A stretch of DNA of 64,000 bases, from contig CBFIBG010000008.1 of NCBI GenBank assembly GCA_965660815.1, positions 11,028 through 75,027 on the forward strand. Direction: 5' to 3'. Below the pieces are notes generated by a model, which did no database searches, was not told the DNA's origin, and saw nothing but the letters and a program-made list of their open reading frames with translations. Of the stretch, positions 60,755 to 64,000 are shown piece by piece; positions within the stretch are counted from its first letter, which is position 1; every line of letters starts with the position of its first letter. Source of the DNA: Glaciecola sp. GTDB taxonomy: Bacteria > Pseudomonadota > Gammaproteobacteria > Enterobacterales > Alteromonadaceae. A program made the position numbers and the translations under genes.

Positions 60755-61822
60755 ATGTTGACATTGAAAAGCACGACTCAATTATCAAAAGAACAAATTA
60801 TTGAATTAGTAAAAGATGACTATCTTAGCTTTTGTTTACAATATGATCTTGAAAATACCCGATTTAGTTTCTCGCCCAATACTGATTGGTCGTCGCAAAA
60901 CTCCATCAGCAATGAATTTCACTTGCTTGGAAACGGAATTATTGGCGTGAACTTAGAGCAAAATAACGCTAATTCCAAAAGTATAATTTTGTCTTGCGGC
61001 GTTCATGGAAATGAAACCGCTCCCATTGAAATATGCAATGATTTAATCAACGGCCTATTGTCTGGTGAGTTTGTTTCTTCGCATAGAATTCTTTTTCTGT
61101 TCGGAAATATACCAGCCATGCATATTGGGCAACGATTTGTGCAAGAAAACCTAAATCGGCTTTTTTATCGAGACATCGAGTTGGATAATGCGGAGCGAAT
61201 ACGAGCAAAAGAACTCATGGATGCCGTTGATGCATTTTTTGACAGTGCGGGCGATGTAAGACTGCATTACGATTTGCATACTGCTATAAGAGCCTCAAAG
61301 AACGAAAAGTTTGCCGTCTATCCTTATCTACATGGTAAAGCTCATAATAAAAATCAGTTAGCATTTTTATCTATGTGTGGGGTAAATACAATATTATTGT
61401 CTCAGTCACCGACAACTACTTTTAGTTATTATTCGTCGTTCAACCACAATGCAGATGCGTTTACCGTCGAATTGGGGAAGGTACGCCCCTTCGGTCAAAA
61501 TGATATGGGAAAATTTTTACAAGTTAGAAAAAGTTTATTGGCTCTGTTGTCAGAAGATGAGATTGCAGTGCCTGAATACCATGAATGTCCTACTGAAATA
61601 TTCACGGTTAATCAGGTAATTAATAAGCATCAATCAGATTTTAAATTGCACTTTAGCGAGAATGTAGCTAATTTCGAGAGTTTCAAAAAAGGAGAGGTGC
61701 TTGCCAGTGAAACGGGTCAAGATTATGTTGCTGAGTTTGATGGGGAAGCAATTGTATTTCCAAATGCAAATGTGGAAATAGGGCAAAGGGCACTGTTAAC
61801 GGTTATTCCAAAGGCACTGTAA
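60755..61822 (+). CDS. astE: succinylglutamate desuccinylase / aspartoacylase family protein
   Basis: SCGVHGNETAPIEI zinc-site motif and DLHTAIR. 355 aa. No other ast genes lie nearby. Confidence 0.75.
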   Translation: MLTLKSTTQLSKEQIIELVKDDYLSFCLQYDLENTRFSFSPNTDWSSQNSISNEFHLLGNGIIGVNLEQNNANSKSIILSCGVHGNETAPIEICNDLINGLLSGEFVSSHRILFLFGNIPAMHIGQRFVQENLNRLFYRDIELDNAERIRAKELMDAVDAFFDSAGDVRLHYDLHTAIRASKNEKFAVYPYLHGKAHNKNQLAFLSMCGVNTILLSQSPTTTFSYYSSFNHNADAFTVELGKVRPFGQNDMGKFLQVRKSLLALLSEDEIAVPEYHECPTEIFTVNQVINKHQSDFKLHFSENVANFESFKKGEVLASETGQDYVAEFDGEAIVFPNANVEIGQRALLTVIPKAL

Positions 61823-61880
61823 GATAATCGTTGAAAGTAATATTAATAGATAATATTTGCATTTAAAAAAGAGCTTTTTT

Positions 61881-62324
61881 ATGTCATTTAAACTAGATCA
61901 AAGACTTGATAGCGATACCCTGCATATTTCTACGATTAACGGTATTTGCATTCTTTTGCACAAAGATAAACGCTTTCCATGGATTATCTTAGTGCCTTCT
62001 ATATTGGGCGTTACAGAGTTTCATTACTTGGATTACAAGGTTCAGATAGACTGTCTGAAAATATCTAACTTGGTCAGTAAAACACTTACTCAACTTTATT
62101 CTCCAGATAAAATAAATATCGCAAGCATCGGAAACATTGTGAAACAATTGCACATACATCATGTGGCTAGATTTGAGTATGATGCTGCTTGGCCTGGCCC
62201 AATTTGGGGAGCAGGTTCCCCCGATTTTTACACCAATGACGAATGCGAACAACAAGCGATCGAGATCAATCGGGTATTGAATTCAATTAATCAAGGAGAA
62301 CTGAATGTTAATTACCACTACTAA
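61881..62324 (+). CDS. HIT family protein
   Basis: Histidine triad [12 protein letters not shown] at 61881. Confidence 0.8.
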   Translation: MSFKLDQRLDSDTLHISTINGICILLHKDKRFPWIILVPSILGVTEFHYLDYKVQIDCLKISNLVSKTLTQLYSPDKINIASIGNIVKQLHIHHVARFEYDAAWPGPIWGAGSPDFYTNDECEQQAIEINRVLNSINQGELNVNYHY

Positions 62325-62628
62325 CAGTGTAGAAGGCAAAAAAATAGAAGCTTACCATGGGGTGGTTATTGGTGAGGCAATAATGGGAGCAAATGTTTTT
62401 AAAGATCTATTTGCATCAATCAGAGATATCGTGGGGGGACGTTCTGGCAGTTACGAGGCTGAATTGACCAAAGCTCGAAAAATAGCATTTGATGAAATCA
62501 GCCGTGAGGCCTACATGCTAGGTGCAAATGCTGTCGTAGGGGTGGATTTAGACTATGAAGTTGTGGGTCAAAATGGCAGTATGCTAATGGTAAGTATTAG
62601 TGGGACAGCGGTCAGTATATCTGACTAA
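62305..62628 (+). CDS. ybjQ: YbjQ family (UPF0145) protein
   Basis: [48 protein letters not shown]...[16 protein letters not shown] is colinear with E. coli YbjQ. RBS AAGGAG. Overlaps the end of the HIT gene by 20 nt. Confidence 0.9.
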   Translation: MLITTTNSVEGKKIEAYHGVVIGEAIMGANVFKDLFASIRDIVGGRSGSYEAELTKARKIAFDEISREAYMLGANAVVGVDLDYEVVGQNGSMLMVSISGTAVSISD

Positions 62629-62649
62629 CCGCAAAGCTCTGACCTTCGG

Positions 62650-62826
62650 CTATATTAAGCCGGAGGAGTCATCGTCGTCATCTTTGTTTTCCTTTTTTTT
62701 ACTTTTCTCATAATTATCAGGAAAAACAAAATCTTTATTACTTTGCTTAAGTAACATAATGTTACTGATAACTATTCCAAAGATGATTACTACAATTAAA
62801 ATTATCCAGCCTAAACTTATATCCAC
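62650..62826 (-). CDS. small single-TM protein, 58 aa (below ORF-track cutoff; DUF2897-like layout)
   Basis: Hand translation gives VDISLGWIILIVVIIFGIVISNIMLLKQSNKDFVFPDNYEKSKKKENKDDDDDSSGLI*. It has a GTG start after AGAGAG, one TM helix, and a charged tail. Confidence 0.45.
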   Translation of the reverse strand: MDISLGWIILIVVIIFGIVISNIMLLKQSNKDFVFPDNYEKSKKKENKDDDDDSSGLI

Positions 62827-63004
62827 GGTATATCTCTCTTATTGGTTAGGCTTTAATTTAAGCGCATATGAGCAACCGTGCTAGTTGTGCTATCAAATTA
62901 AAGATTGGCTTTTGTCGTACTTCTAATTATATATGATGTCTGCATTCAGTAGTGATTTATTTACAGGTAAAACCAATAACAGTAAGACAATCAAAAATAT
63001 AAGG

Positions 63005-63676
63005 TTATTTAATGCCTTTATTGAAAGTGTATCTGTCGACTAATTCAGGCAGTAATGAAAGAACGGTTACCTTCCCCAAGATATTAGCGTTTTTCAGCGC
63101 ATCTTGTAATGCTTCAATGTCAAACTGTTGTTCAATCTGTAAGGCCTGCTCTTTGTATGACATATGCCATGGCTCCGCAGCAACCCCACCCACATATTCT
63201 GAATAAGGGAAATAAAACCCAAAGTCTTGTGCGTATTGTTGGATCCAAGCACACATATTTGCGCAAGGTCCGTTGCCAGAATATTCTTCAGGGATAAGTT
63301 GAAGCTTGTGGCCATTGTTTTCCACGCTTACTTTGTCATAGACATCAAAATCGGTACCCCAATGATGACGGCTTGCGCCGGGCAAGGCTGACCACAACAT
63401 GATAGCGTGAATTTTTTCTTCATCGCTTAAAGCGGCGTGATCCAGTGTGTCTCCTTGAAGAGTGTATAACGGGAGGTGACCACTGAATTTTTTGTTCCAA
63501 ATAGACAATTGTCTGTCAAAGCTGCGAAAACTGCTGCAAATTGAGATATTAATATTATCTGTCTTTGCTGCCGTCTGCATTTTATGAAATGCAGTCGCGA
63601 CTCTTGGCAGGAGTCTGTGACCGTTTTCCAATGAAGTTAGGCTATTGTCATTTTGTCCGAGTATTGAATTATTCAT
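63005..63676 (-). CDS. M15 family metallopeptidase (VanY/D-Ala-D-Ala carboxypeptidase-like)
   Basis: SSFRSFDRQ, HHWGTDFDV and EPWH zinc/catalytic motifs. The ATG at 63676 forms an ATGA overlap with the dapE stop. Confidence 0.8.
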   Translation of the reverse strand: MNNSILGQNDNSLTSLENGHRLLPRVATAFHKMQTAAKTDNINISICSSFRSFDRQLSIWNKKFSGHLPLYTLQGDTLDHAALSDEEKIHAIMLWSALPGASRHHWGTDFDVYDKVSVENNGHKLQLIPEEYSGNGPCANMCAWIQQYAQDFGFYFPYSEYVGGVAAEPWHMSYKEQALQIEQQFDIEALQDALKNANILGKVTVLSLLPELVDRYTFNKGIK

Positions 63677-64000
63677 GCTAGTAAGTTCACCAAAACTTGG
63701 TAATAAACGTCTTCCAAGGTTTTTACATTGTTGATATTGACGCACTCATCAATTTGATGAATTGTATTATTTTCAGGACCCAACTCAATCACTTGAGCTC
63801 CGGTTGGTGCTATAAATCGCCCATCAGATGTCCCACCCGCGGTTGACAATTGCGTATCTAAATCGGTGACATCTTTGATAGCTTTGACGCAGGCATCCAC
63901 TAATTCGCCTCTATCCGTTAAAAACGGAACGCCGTTATAAGTCCATTTAAGCTTGTACTTTAGATTGTGTTTATCTAAGAGCGCTTCTACTTTCGCTGTG
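63673..64000 (-). CDS. dapE: succinyl-diaminopimelate desuccinylase, C-terminal part (5' end beyond window)
   Basis: Frame is open to nt 64000. ...LSTAGGTSDGRFIAPTGAQVIELGPENNTIHQIDECV... is the typical DapE C-terminus. Confidence 0.9.
   Translation of the reverse strand, partial: TAKVEALLDKHNLKYKLKWTYNGVPFLTDRGELVDACVKAIKDVTDLDTQLSTAGGTSDGRFIAPTGAQVIELGPENNTIHQIDECVNINNVKTLEDVYYQVLVNLLA

Noticed and set aside
60524-60774. 72-aa (+) and 63-aa (-) ORFs between the EAL gene and astE
   Set aside because: They overlap each other and span a terminator-like hairpin and a candidate promoter. They have an AT-rich codon pattern and no motifs.

Overview
This is a 64-kb chromosomal window from an AT-rich gammaproteobacterium; gene order resembles E. 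coli, Vibrio and Alteromonadales. It is almost entirely coding, with about 60 genes.

- **1-19.5 kb:** an acyl-CoA and lipid catabolism neighbourhood. It holds an acyl-CoA ligase (5' partial), hemN, and a histidine phosphatase + ACAD10/11-like dehydrogenase + quinone reductase operon. It also holds a DhlA-like haloalkane dehalogenase overlapping an SDR, a FadB-like and FadE-like pair, an epoxide-hydrolase-like enzyme, LysR, MaoC and a TonB-dependent receptor.
- **19.6-27.2 kb:** phhB, then the classical metY (initiator tRNA)-rimP-nusA-infB-rbfA-truB-rpsO cluster. Three hairpin/T-run terminators lie between metY and rimP. No pnp follows rpsO.
- **27.3-32.4 kb:** a coiled-coil membrane protein, a PAS-GGDEF-EAL sensor, PPK2 and tmRNA (ssrA, tag ANDENYALAA).
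- **32.6-35.3 kb:** a small secreted protein plus an OprC-like TonB-dependent receptor, wedged between ssrA and smpB.
- **35.3-49.3 kb:** smpB, ratA-rnfH, ppsR/ppsA, ydiJ, gcvA-ygdD-rlmM and a stand-alone EF-G.
- **49.4-64 kb:** a 0.7-kb non-coding gap, a MoxR-DUF58-transglutaminase operon, pgm, glycogen phosphorylase, a degenerate GGDEF-EAL protein, astE, HIT, ybjQ, an M15 peptidase and dapE (partial).

I saw no CRISPR array, transposase, integrase, phage gene or recognisable defence gene, and no convincing novel multi-gene system.

The best leads are:
- the OprC-like receptor whose CxxxM copper motif reads GxxxM, inserted between smpB and ssrA;
- the ACAD10/11-like module that has a phosphatase but no kinase;
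- the dehalogenase-SDR pair;
- a promoter-to-terminator unit (candidate sRNA) and a leader terminator between metY and rimP;
- the unusually long non-coding convergent gap at 49.4-50.0 kb.

All family assignments rest on motifs and remembered homologue sequences. No searches were run.
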